Shown: one piece after another, positions 39,346 to 48,410 of the stretch
Layout of the letters: each line of letters starts with the position of its first letter
Position numbering within the stretch: position 1 is the stretch's first letter
DNA from: Syntrophales bacterium
GTDB lineage: Bacteria; Desulfobacterota; Syntrophia; Syntrophales; UBA2210
Length of the DNA: 64,000 bases
Assembly: GCA_963666365.2 (NCBI GenBank)
Contig: CAXXNF010000002.1
Coordinates: 576,001-640,000, forward strand
Reading direction: 5' to 3'
Notes under the pieces: model-generated
What the model was told of the DNA's origin: nothing
Databases searched by the model: none
The model's input: the letters and a program-made list of their open reading frames with translations, nothing else
Position numbers and translations under genes: made by a program

Positions 39346-39839
39346 TCTTACTGCCTTTTGCTATTCCGCCACATTTGAACCGACAAATTTGTCGAAGTCC
39401 TGTCAATCAAGAAAAACAACATAACAAACTTAAATCATTGTAATATTGGAGGTGATAGAGTGGGAATGGGCGACATTTATTGCCGGGGCTATTGTACGTT
39501 CAAATTCTGCAACACTTGGTTTTATCAAAGATATCGGCAATCATATGATGCGTATTCCTTTCTCCCAGTCATTACAAGCAAATAGTATGCTAATCTAGCA
39601 ATTATCAACACTCACGAGTCGGCTGGAGGCGCTTGTTAGTGTCCAGAATCAACGACCAAGTCAGGATATCTTGTCAAGGAATATTGCGGTGAGACTTTCT
39701 AAGGGTAATAATCAGTTCTTTCATGAAACTATTTTGAGGACTTGTAACTGATTTTATCAATCAATATTTTTTCTGATAATATCCGACAATTCAAATCTGA
39801 GCTAATGCAAAATGCTCAGCATGCTGCACTTATAATACA

Positions 39840-40298
39840 TTATTCTTTGCAATCGTTTGGCTCGGTCGGAATATCTATAATACCCCCAAAATGTTTTCTT
39901 GCGAGCTCCACAATGATTGGAGGTATAATATTTTCTTGCCTGTTGATTATATTAACCACAGTCTGGCTCGCCATCGGGGTATTCATGATTCCTGCGCTCT
40001 CAAGCACTTTCTGGCTTGCCTTGTAGGACAATTCCCGCCTCTTGTGATCTTTATCGGGAATGTTTTTCATCTCCTTCACAAGGCTCTTTATGTTCTCCAC
40101 GGCATCGGGGACAACCTCAAGGAGATTCCGGGTTTCCTCTGCTATTAGTCTTTGAACATCCTCTTTCCGGGAAAAACGACTTATTGTGGTATGACACATA
40201 CTCATACTCCTCGCGATGCTTCCCTGAGTTTCCCCTGTGGCCAAACGTTTTGCAATCTCCCGTTTGATATGAGGGGGATTAAGTTTTGATGTTCTCAT
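39840..40298 (-). CDS. HTH protein resembling terminase small subunits
   Basis: N-terminal HTH (GETQGSIARSMSMCHTTISR), helical core, KASQKVLESAG; GGAGG RBS. Confidence 0.5.
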   Translation of the reverse strand: MRTSKLNPPHIKREIAKRLATGETQGSIARSMSMCHTTISRFSRKEDVQRLIAEETRNLLEVVPDAVENIKSLVKEMKNIPDKDHKRRELSYKASQKVLESAGIMNTPMASQTVVNIINRQENIIPPIIVELARKHFGGIIDIPTEPNDCKE

Positions 40299-40784
40299 AG
40301 TGCCTCCGACTCTATAAGTATAGATAATTTAGCATGTTATATACTAAGAGTAAAGAACTTATGCACAGTGCTAGAACTTGCTACTAAATTTACAGACAAC
40401 CAATGATGGCCGTAGACACCCCCAATAGTGCCATTTGAGCAAGTTAAAATTCAACTTTGATATAAAGATACCAATATAAGATATTAATTCTCTGGAACGG
40501 CCTGTACGCATACTTCTAGAGGCTAAGATGGGGTTGTTTGCGATCCATCCTTACATGCCTAGCGGAAACAATTTAGGTCCTTGTGTGTTGAACGGGAATC
40601 CTACAGGTACCCCTTGCCACATGCACAATCCGCTCCCCCCCCTCCATCACAGAATTGTAACTAAAATGTAACCGTCCTATCCAAAAATAACCGAACAAAA
40701 CCGAAGTTAAACAAAAATATAACTTGTAAGGTGCCGATATATAAAGAATTAAATTTGATGGAGAATCACCTATTTTCATTTATC

Positions 40785-40853
40785 GACTTAAAATCCCTCG
40801 GTCCTTGCGACTGTGAGGGTTCGATTCCCTCCCCACCATAAAATCAAGGGGTT
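40785..40853 (+). repeat. attR: displaced 3' fragment of tRNA-Leu with a 4-bp deletion
   Basis: 51-bp identity to 32005-32055, loss of GGTA, then 18-bp identity to 32060-32077. Confidence 0.95.
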
Positions 40854-41214
40854 CAGCCACGGTAGGCATAACCCCTTCTTTTTAATCTCATTGAAACAGC
40901 CGAATTTGTCCCGCTGTTGTCTTGCTTTTTGATTTTCTTAGCATCATGATAGCAGTGATTAAAATTGATGTCCTGCAGTATTGATTGCTTAAAGTAAGCC
41001 TTGTATGTTCCTTTCCATTCTGTTTTACTGCTCTTAGGAAGAAACCGGTATCTACGCAAATAGAATATAAGGTTTATACTTCACAATCCGTTAGAAAGGA
41101 GGTGGTTAATATAATAATATTTTGATGGCACGCAGAGGAATGAATGGGGGGGGGTATTTATCAATCAGAAAAGCTATTGGATCTAGTACATGCTATTTCA
41201 AAAAGGAGGAACAG

Positions 41215-42570
41215 ATGAAAAAATCGATTCTGCAGAGTTTCACAAAATGGTCACTCATATTATTGTGCGGCTTTTTTCTTTTCCTGGGAGGATTATCTGC
41301 TTCGATTGCAGCAATGCCCGGATTTGACGCATCCAAAATATCTGACATGTCCGACTTTGATCCCAACCATGCAGTGATTCCTACTGGTGATACCATTAAG
41401 ATTGGCCTTCTGGAACCATTTTCTGGGCCCAGCGCTGTAGTCGGAGATATCTATTGGTGCACTGTGGGGTGGGTTACTCACGATATCAATAAACGGGGCG
41501 GTATTCTGGTCGATGGAAAAAAGAAATTGGTAGAACTTATTAAGGGCGATAGCCAGGCAAAACCGGCTGCGACAAAAAAGGTAGCGGAACGACTCTGCCT
41601 CGAGGATAAAGTTGATGTCATATGGGGGGTCTCGGGCAGTCATCTTACCTTGATTGCTCAAAATGTTGTAAAAAAATATCAAGTTATCATGATGAACTGC
41701 GAATCTTTGTCAGACGGACTCATGGCTGGAGAAAACTTTAATCGCTATGTCTTTCGAACCTGTCTCAATACAACAATGTTTGGGGATTCGATTGCCTATT
41801 TTTATGCAAAGCGACCCGAAACAAAATTTTACATTTTATGTCAGGATTATTTGTTTGGTCATGCAATTGCCGACGCATTTAAAAATGGCTTGAAAAAATA
41901 TAAACCCGATGCCCAAATCGTCGGTGAGGCATACCATCCACTCTTTCTGAAAGACTTTGCTCCCTATATAACTAAAATACAGGGATCTGGCGCCGAGGTG
42001 ATCTATACCGGTGATTGGGACCCCGATGCATCCAATCTTATAAAACAAACACGGGAACTTGGCGCTAACCTTCCCATCGCTAATGTGTATGCGGACAACG
42101 CAAATACCATGCAGTCCATCGGTGGACCTGCCGGTGTTGGAATGGTAAACGGGGATGACTACTTAATTTCAGTTGATACGCCACAGAACAGAGCGTTTGT
42201 GGATATCTGGCATAAACAGGCCGTAAAATGGGAAAAACCCTATGATACCATCATGTGGCAATACCCTATGGGCGTCGGAGGCAGAACGGTGTCAATGACC
42301 TATTGGCTCTTGGACGTTATTGAAAGGGCTGGTACTACCGACCCCGAAAAGATTATCGAAACTTGGGAAGATGATGAATACAATTCGATAACCGGTGTTG
42401 TCAAGATGAGGGCTTGTGATCATCAGGCAATCAAGGAGATGTTTGTTTCCGAGTTTGTGTATCCCAACAAATGGATTCCCAATGCTGCTCATTGTGGTGA
42501 AGCATTTGTCATACCACCGGAATTCTGCATGCCCCCCATTCCTGAGAATCTTGAAAGATGTAAAAAGTGA
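41215..42570 (+). CDS. Orphan ABC substrate-binding protein, paralog of 4449-5843
   Basis: Shared DMSDFDPN..VIPTGDTIK, HDINKRGGI.VDGKKKLVE, YTGDW.PDA.NL.KQ, MRACDH; AGGAGG RBS. Confidence 0.88.
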   Translation: MKKSILQSFTKWSLILLCGFFLFLGGLSASIAAMPGFDASKISDMSDFDPNHAVIPTGDTIKIGLLEPFSGPSAVVGDIYWCTVGWVTHDINKRGGILVDGKKKLVELIKGDSQAKPAATKKVAERLCLEDKVDVIWGVSGSHLTLIAQNVVKKYQVIMMNCESLSDGLMAGENFNRYVFRTCLNTTMFGDSIAYFYAKRPETKFYILCQDYLFGHAIADAFKNGLKKYKPDAQIVGEAYHPLFLKDFAPYITKIQGSGAEVIYTGDWDPDASNLIKQTRELGANLPIANVYADNANTMQSIGGPAGVGMVNGDDYLISVDTPQNRAFVDIWHKQAVKWEKPYDTIMWQYPMGVGGRTVSMTYWLLDVIERAGTTDPEKIIETWEDDEYNSITGVVKMRACDHQAIKEMFVSEFVYPNKWIPNAAHCGEAFVIPPEFCMPPIPENLERCKK

Positions 42571-42594
42571 AGTAGTTCAATTGATTCACCAATG

Positions 42595-42642
42595 AAAAGC
42601 CATGCTCTAATGTTAAATTAAAACATTTAGGCGTGGCTTTTT
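42595..42642 (+). terminator. Rho-independent terminator-like hairpin
   Basis: AAAAGCCATGC...GCGTGGCTTTTT. Confidence 0.55.
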
Positions 42643-43244
42643 ATTAATGCAGTATGGGGGACGCAGGTAAAATTATAAATTCTATCGGTCTGTTTTTGAA
42701 AAGCGGATATCAATATGATTCTCACTGGAAATTTCTCTGTCATTGAAAAGAGAGAAGGCCCGTTCAACAAATGAGACCCAAAATTGAAGTCAACACACGG
42801 GAGCATTTCAGTATATTAGGAATTCAGCAGCGCCCTTTCGTTGTCGACAATCCATGGTTTTAGGGCAGACCAGCTCGGCCGTTTGCGGTATCTCCTCGCC
42901 GGAACAGGAATTCCCTTCGATATGTGCGTGGGAAAGACGCCCGAGCGGGAAGCGGACGTTGCAGGTAACCGCATGCCGGTTGGTGCATCATTGCTGATTT
43001 TGAGAAAACTCTTGCCGATGTGCGCCGGGAAAAACGGGGCGAGACCGTATATCCCCCCTTAAAATCTGTCGGATCCAGATCTTAAAGGAAGTGACGCTTT
43101 CCTCACGGAAATCGATCGGCCTCGAACCGTGGGTGAGAATGAAGGTGGATTATAAAGACCTTAAACCCGAATTAATAACACAATGGTTCCGGCGATGCAG
43201 CGAGTGCGCTTCGGAAGAGACTGGTTCGTTCTTGCCAGTTTTCA

Positions 43245-43273
43245 TTGACATAAAATCATGGTACGCCTATAGT
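43245..43273 (+). promoter_or_regulatory. Near-consensus sigma70 promoter
   Basis: TTGACA-17 nt-TATAGT. Confidence 0.65.
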
Positions 43274-43353
43274 CCTAAGATATATACGGTGCTTTCCACA
43301 CACTGGACAAGGCACTGCGTCACAATAAATCTTTGGAGAAAGGAAGAGGAATC

Positions 43354-43731
43354 ATGTCTCAAATGAAATGCATGAAGCAGTCGACAGTAATTTATTCCAT
43401 CGTAGGCATCGTTTCAGTCTTCTTGATGATGTGGGTTATTATCGCTGAAGTCGGCGCCCACGCTCCTAAAACAGTCTCGCTATCCTACGATCTGGAAGCC
43501 AAGGTTCTCACCGTTTCTGTAACACACACCCGGTTCTCCGCCGGCCATTACATAGACAAGATCGAAATCAAGAAAAACGGTACACTGGTTGCCTCCCATA
43601 GCTATAAAGAACAGGTTTCCGAAACCTTCACTCATACGTACGCACTTGATGCCGTCCGGGGTGATGTCATAGAAGTAAAAGCAACATGCAATAAATTCGG
43701 AGCCGTTTCAGAAACGATACGTGTTGATTAA
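43354..43731 (+). CDS. Exported small beta protein with superoxide-reductase-like His/Cys pattern
   Basis: Signal ending VGA, then HAP...VTH-x6-HYI...CNKFG. Confidence 0.6.
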   Translation: MSQMKCMKQSTVIYSIVGIVSVFLMMWVIIAEVGAHAPKTVSLSYDLEAKVLTVSVTHTRFSAGHYIDKIEIKKNGTLVASHSYKEQVSETFTHTYALDAVRGDVIEVKATCNKFGAVSETIRVD

Positions 43732-43785
43732 AACCGGCCTGATCCTTTTATTTAACGATACGAGGCTCACGCGAGAGAAGGGTGA

Positions 43786-44178
43786 ATGTATCCTTTTTAC
43801 ATTCATGTAGCAGCGATGGGCACCGGCGTGATCCTGCTGGCCGCAGGGATCTTCGCAGCCAGGTTTTTTCGAAAAACGCGCTGGTGGCTGAAATTTCATC
43901 GTCCCGCAGGAATAACGGGTGTGGTGTGTCTTACTGTCGGCGGGGTAGCGGCAGTTGTCATGGTTTCACTGGGAGGCGACGGTCACCTCCAGGTTCTTCA
44001 TGCGTGGTTGGGACTGGCCGCGATTCTGTTCGCCATCAGTGCCCCCGTGCTGGGCACACTGCAGTTCAGACTCCGCTCACACGCAGGGCAAATCAGGCGC
44101 TGGCACCGAATGATAGGCTATGTAGCCATTATTCTTTGCATTATTGCAGTCTTTGCCGGGGTGAAGGCAGTAGGATAG
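43786..44178 (+). CDS. Four-helix membrane protein, cytochrome b561-like
   Basis: His at the start of each TM: YIHV, KFHR, VLHAWLG, RWHRMIG. Confidence 0.65.
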   Translation: MYPFYIHVAAMGTGVILLAAGIFAARFFRKTRWWLKFHRPAGITGVVCLTVGGVAAVVMVSLGGDGHLQVLHAWLGLAAILFAISAPVLGTLQFRLRSHAGQIRRWHRMIGYVAIILCIIAVFAGVKAVG

Positions 44179-44225
44179 AGTGCCTCCGGCAAATTGTAAT
44201 CTCATTGTTAAGGCGAAAGGATGCA

Positions 44226-44783
44226 ATGCAATCTTTTTGGAAAGATAAGGGAGAAAAACTTCAAACAAGGAATATAACGGTCACCTCATACGAATATGAT
44301 GATCAAAGAATCATCGTGGAAGGGTTTCTCAAGGATGATCGTTTTCAGGAATCGGGCGTGATTACCGGAGAAACGTTCCCCCGTGGTGTTATTCATCACA
44401 TGGCAGTTCGGCTGCTCATTAACTGCTCCGGTCTGGTGATTGAAGATGTAGCGTGTGAGTTTTTTTCTGTGCCGCGGGAGTTCTGCAGAGAGACGATAGA
44501 GTGCCTTGCACCCATTAAGGGAATGACCATCACAAAGGGTTTTACGGCGAGGGTAAAAAATCTTGTCGGAGGGAACAAAGGCTGTGCCCATTTGGTGGAG
44601 CTTTTATTGGCCATGGCGCCGGCCGCCATTCAGGGATACGCTTCATATCAGTCAAAACGACCGGTAACGCATAGTCCCGAGCATTCAAAAATGATTTTGC
44701 ATTTTCTTGTCGATACCTGTCATGCGTGGCGCGAGAATGGTCCGTTGGTGGAACTTTTAAGAAAGAAGTTAAACGTTACATAG
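44226..44783 (+). CDS. Conserved hypothetical protein (DUF2889-like)
   Basis: IHHMAVRL, C, GGNKGCAHLVELL, DTCHAW. Confidence 0.7.
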   Translation: MQSFWKDKGEKLQTRNITVTSYEYDDQRIIVEGFLKDDRFQESGVITGETFPRGVIHHMAVRLLINCSGLVIEDVACEFFSVPREFCRETIECLAPIKGMTITKGFTARVKNLVGGNKGCAHLVELLLAMAPAAIQGYASYQSKRPVTHSPEHSKMILHFLVDTCHAWRENGPLVELLRKKLNVT

Positions 44784-44833
44784 ATCTGTGTCGATACGTA
44801 TCCGTGGCGGGCAAAAAGAAATTAGAAGGATGC

Positions 44834-45193
44834 ATGAAGTCACATCAAAATAAGGGCATAGTATATTCCACAGAGTTTGGGAAGGTCTGTCCCGAATGCG
44901 GAAATCCCATCAAGAAATGTAGTTGCGGCAAAGATGGAGTGGGGGCATCCAATGAAGGTGTTGTGCGAATAGGTCGAGAAACCAAAGGTCGTAAAGGCTC
45001 AGGTGTATCCGTTATTACCGGTGTCCCTCTTGATAATAAAGATTTAAAAATACTAGCTACGCAACTCAAACAAAAATGTGGAACAGGCGGTACCGTAAAA
45101 TCAGGGACTATTGAGATACAGGGTGATCATCGGGATTTACTGAAACAAGAGTTATTGAACCGTGGATATACAGTTACACTATCGGGCGGTTAG
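44834..45193 (+). CDS. yciH: Translation initiation factor SUI1-family protein
   Basis: VYST, RETKGRKGSGV, LKQKCGTGGTVK, IEIQGDHR. Confidence 0.92.
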   Translation: MKSHQNKGIVYSTEFGKVCPECGNPIKKCSCGKDGVGASNEGVVRIGRETKGRKGSGVSVITGVPLDNKDLKILATQLKQKCGTGGTVKSGTIEIQGDHRDLLKQELLNRGYTVTLSGG

Positions 45194-45196
45194 AAA

Positions 45197-45640
45197 ATGA
45201 ATATTGCCAGAACGCCGGAAGCAGTTATGCGACTTTATCTGGAAGAGGTCGCATACAAGGGAAGGCTGGAACTCATCGATGAGATAACGAAACCTGACAT
45301 GGTAGATGAGGCCAATCAGATCTTTGGAGGGCCGGCAGGTCGCGCCGGTCTCGTGGCTCATATCGCGGGTTTCAGAAAGAACATCTCGGACTACAGCCTG
45401 AGTATTCATCATATTGTCGGCAATAACTCACAGGCGATGGCCTGGTGGTCATTTACCGGTCGGCACGTCGGACCCTGGCTTGGCGTCCCGGCGACAGGTG
45501 CTCGGGTGGAAAGTACGGTATTCAGCTTCTTCGTCTTTGAAGAAGGTCTGATCAGCCGCTACCGGCTATACCTCAGTGCGATTATTGGAGACAAAACGGT
45601 TCTTTTTGATACCTCCAAGCCCGGCGGTGGCCTGCGTTGA
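45197..45640 (+). CDS. SnoaL-like (NTF2 fold) ester cyclase family protein
   Basis: FTGRHVGPWLGVPATG motif. Confidence 0.8.
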   Translation: MNIARTPEAVMRLYLEEVAYKGRLELIDEITKPDMVDEANQIFGGPAGRAGLVAHIAGFRKNISDYSLSIHHIVGNNSQAMAWWSFTGRHVGPWLGVPATGARVESTVFSFFVFEEGLISRYRLYLSAIIGDKTVLFDTSKPGGGLR

Positions 45641-45674
45641 CAGGACGGAAGGACTGCTTCCTTTATTGTCTACA

Positions 45675-46487
45675 TCAGGTTTTTCTTATTATCGATACCT
45701 TTTGCATTATCGATGCGGCAATCTCTTCGATGGACATGTTGGTGATGTTCAGGTAGGGGATTCCAGCGTGTCGAAATATGTTTTCTGCGGTTCTCAGCTC
45801 TTTTCGGACCCGTTCCATGGCGGCATAGGCACTGTTGGGACGGCGTTCCTGCCGTATTTGGTAGAGCCGTTCCGGTGAGATGGTGAGGCCGAACAGTTTT
45901 GAGTGTTCCCTTTTAAGTGAATCGGGCAGCATAGCTGTGCCGAAATTTTCTTCGGTAAGGGGATAATTGGCTGCCTTGATTCCGAAGTGGAGCGCCAGAT
46001 AAAGGCAGGTTGGCGTTTTTCCTGTACGTGATATGCCGGTGAGAATAAGGTCGGCTTGAGAATAATCCCGTGGGGCCGAACCGTCATCATGCTGGAGTGT
46101 ATACTGTACGGCGTCGATTCTGTCTGAATATGTGCTCGGATTTCCTATACCGTGAGATTGTCCCGTCACAGGTACGGATTTCACGCCCAGAATATGCTCG
46201 ATAGGTGCCATGAAGGTGGCAAAAAAATCTATAACTTCACCCTGACACGCGGAGAGACGTTCCCGAAGTGTTGGATTTGTAAGTGTTGAAAATATAAGAG
46301 GCAACGGGCCTTCGCTGCGAGCGATTCTATTAATCCTTTCGATTGCCTGGCCGACTTTTTCCTCTGTATTGACGAATGGAAATCTGATGGCCTTAAATGA
46401 AACATTGGGAAACTGAGTAAGTAATGTGTTGCCCAGTGCTTCAGCGGTTATTCCTGTACCATCCGATATAAAAAAAATCGTTCGCAT
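45675..46487 (-). CDS. ppsR: PEP synthase regulatory protein (kinase/pyrophosphorylase)
   Basis: ISDGTGITAE, HDDG, GISRTGKTPTCLYLA, SIEEIA. Confidence 0.9.
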   Translation of the reverse strand: MRTIFFISDGTGITAEALGNTLLTQFPNVSFKAIRFPFVNTEEKVGQAIERINRIARSEGPLPLIFSTLTNPTLRERLSACQGEVIDFFATFMAPIEHILGVKSVPVTGQSHGIGNPSTYSDRIDAVQYTLQHDDGSAPRDYSQADLILTGISRTGKTPTCLYLALHFGIKAANYPLTEENFGTAMLPDSLKREHSKLFGLTISPERLYQIRQERRPNSAYAAMERVRKELRTAENIFRHAGIPYLNITNMSIEEIAASIMQKVSIIRKT

Positions 46488-46742
46488 CGTATCGCACTCC
46501 TTTTTCAGGCACTCTGATTCATTCTTTCGTATCCGGGCAGAAAAAGCTCTCCTATATGGGAGAGGGTAGTGCCTTTTGTAATTCAAGTCAACAGGGAGCT
46601 TTTAAATTTGCCGGTTACATGTTGTCTGTTGTATAAAGCGGTTGACGTCGGTATTCCAATTTCCATCGATTGGACCACTGCGAGGCGGTGTAACTCTGGC
46701 TATGCTTCAGCTGCGGTATGACATCAAGGGGGAAACATATGT

Positions 46743-46780
46743 TTATATACTGTATAATTAATATATTATACAGTATATAA
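46743..46780. repeat. Perfect 16-bp AT-rich inverted repeat in a divergent promoter region
   Basis: TTATATACTGTATAAT-TAATAT-ATTATACAGTATATAA. Confidence 0.9.
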
Positions 46781-46883
46781 TAAAATGGTTACCTCATGTA
46801 ATGTAATAGTTAATACTGTATATAGTAACATAATACATTAGGTTTGGAGCCTCAGCGCGACTCACAGAAAGGACGCACAAGAA

Positions 46884-47549
46884 ATGAATGCAATCGAAGC
46901 AATAAAAGGGAGAAGAAGTATCCGGGCATTTTTATCAAAGACGGTGGAAAAAGAAATTTTGGAAGAAGTGCTTTCCCATGCCCGGTGGACTCCTTCCTGG
47001 GGAAATACGCAGCCTTGGGAAATAATTGTGATCACAGGCACACGACTTACAGAATTCAAAGAAAAGAACAAGGAAGCCACATTAAAAGGGATGCCGCCGA
47101 ATCCGGACATTGCCATGCCCCAGGACTGGCCGGAGATCAACAAATCGAGATATCGTGAAATCGGGAAGAGAACGCTCGAATCACTCTCCATTGCACGAAA
47201 TGATGCGGAAGGGCGGTTAAATTTTTACGGCGATATGATGGAACTTTTCAAAGCGCCGGTATTGTTGCTGATCACAACCGACAGGGGTGTTGCACTGGAA
47301 TATTCCATGCTGGATGTAGGCCTTTTTGTCCAAACATTGTGTCTATTGGCCCACGAGAGGGGCTTGGGAACATGTATTATGGCCGCATCCGTTCAATATC
47401 CTAATATTATAAGAGAAATAGTTTCAATACCTGAAACGAAGCGTATTGTGGTCGGTGTGGCGCTGGGCTGGCCCGATTGGAATAATCCAGTAAATGCATT
47501 CGAAAGGTCACGGAGCGAGCTGAACGAGTGCGTGCAGTGGGTTGAGTAA
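46884..47549 (+). CDS. Nitroreductase family protein
   Basis: RRSIRAF, PSWGNTQPW, GLGTC, LGWPD. Confidence 0.9.
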   Translation: MNAIEAIKGRRSIRAFLSKTVEKEILEEVLSHARWTPSWGNTQPWEIIVITGTRLTEFKEKNKEATLKGMPPNPDIAMPQDWPEINKSRYREIGKRTLESLSIARNDAEGRLNFYGDMMELFKAPVLLLITTDRGVALEYSMLDVGLFVQTLCLLAHERGLGTCIMAASVQYPNIIREIVSIPETKRIVVGVALGWPDWNNPVNAFERSRSELNECVQWVE

Positions 47550-47630
47550 GGAGTCGAGTCGCCTGTGCCGCGGCACGGGCAGTAAATGCTTTCCTGGCGG
47601 CAGGAATTCAAGAACCAGGCATATCCATTA

Positions 47631-47658
47631 ACGTCTGATAAGATATGTTATGTTAACT
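47631..47658 (+). other. dif-like XerCD recombination site
   Basis: ACGTCTGATAA-GATATG-TTATGTTAACT: 11-6-11 layout, near-canonical XerD arm, intergenic between convergent genes. Confidence 0.82.
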
Positions 47659-47675
47659 AATGCCATGGTTAACGT

Positions 47676-48404
47676 TTATTCCAATTCTACATTGCCCCAG
47701 AGTCCCATTTGGTCCTTGACGATAATCACGATTCCCTCTACCCCGTTAATTATTTTTCCCACATCGAGGGCGTTTTGTATGTCAGACGGGTGTTGAATTA
47801 AATTGCCCAGTGCCGTTGCTGCAGCGTCGGCAAGCGTTGCTGATTTTGATATCACTGAAACTGCATCGGCTTTACCAAAGCTCAGTGACCCGCCAACGGT
47901 TCCGGAGGACGTGCATATACCCAAAGGTGTGTCGGTACCTCGAATCTTGAGTGAAATTTTGTTGCTAAGCCGAGACTCTCCTGCAAAAACAGCAACGTGT
48001 ATAAGCGTTCCTTCCTCTGCACGGATAAAAATATCCCCGCCATTTTCAATGATAATGTTTTTGCTTTTCTCACGCAGATCATTTCCGACCCACTGGGCAA
48101 TTGCACCTGCAACAGACGCCATTGGACCTACCCCGGTTGCGCGTGAAGCGAAAAGCATATCGCGTACTATGGAGGGAGCAAAGCGATCATCGGGCAGCGG
48201 GACAAGTGACGAACGAAAATGTGAATTTTGAGAAAGGTACGCTTCTATATAGCCTCGATATTTAAAAACGCATTCAGTAACGGTGTGCTTAAGATCTCCG
48301 TCCGCTCTTATAAAAAGATCGGTTTCTTTAATCTTCACATTAAATGAAATAAGACGCTTCGACGCAACAAGGCGGCGATATCTTCTTTCGTGATACAGGA
48401 CCAT
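47676..48404 (-). CDS. UPF0280/ApbE-like family protein
   Basis: VGPMASVAGAIA, ENGGDI, GICTSSGTVG.SLSFGKAD, ADAAATA. Confidence 0.85.
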   Translation of the reverse strand: MVLYHERRYRRLVASKRLISFNVKIKETDLFIRADGDLKHTVTECVFKYRGYIEAYLSQNSHFRSSLVPLPDDRFAPSIVRDMLFASRATGVGPMASVAGAIAQWVGNDLREKSKNIIIENGGDIFIRAEEGTLIHVAVFAGESRLSNKISLKIRGTDTPLGICTSSGTVGGSLSFGKADAVSVISKSATLADAAATALGNLIQHPSDIQNALDVGKIINGVEGIVIIVKDQMGLWGNVELE

Positions 48405-48410
48405 GATATA

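Larger units (their letters stand above)
32005..40853. mobile_element. Integrated element (~8.8 kb) at tRNA-Leu, phage-satellite/genomic-island-like
   Basis: Flanked by direct repeats 32005-32077 and 40785-40853; integrase next to the tRNA; excisionase-like and HTH genes; visibly more AT-rich; native ORFs all on minus strand. Confidence 0.92.

Noticed and set aside
39576..39593. sigma54 promoter-like TAGCAT-N5-TTGCT on the minus strand
   Set aside because: Spacing fits but the invariant -24 GG is AG
40785..40838. Second tRNA-Leu gene
   Set aside because: Lacks the 5' half and has a broken acceptor stem; it is attR
42841..43240. GC-richer stretch with two short plus-strand ORFs, possibly a decayed gene
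   Set aside because: No recognisable motif or RBS; cannot be supported without a homology search
43782..44225. N-terminal extension of the 333-aa ORF 43782-44783
   Set aside because: Overlaps the b561-like gene in another frame; the conserved-looking part starts at ATG 44226
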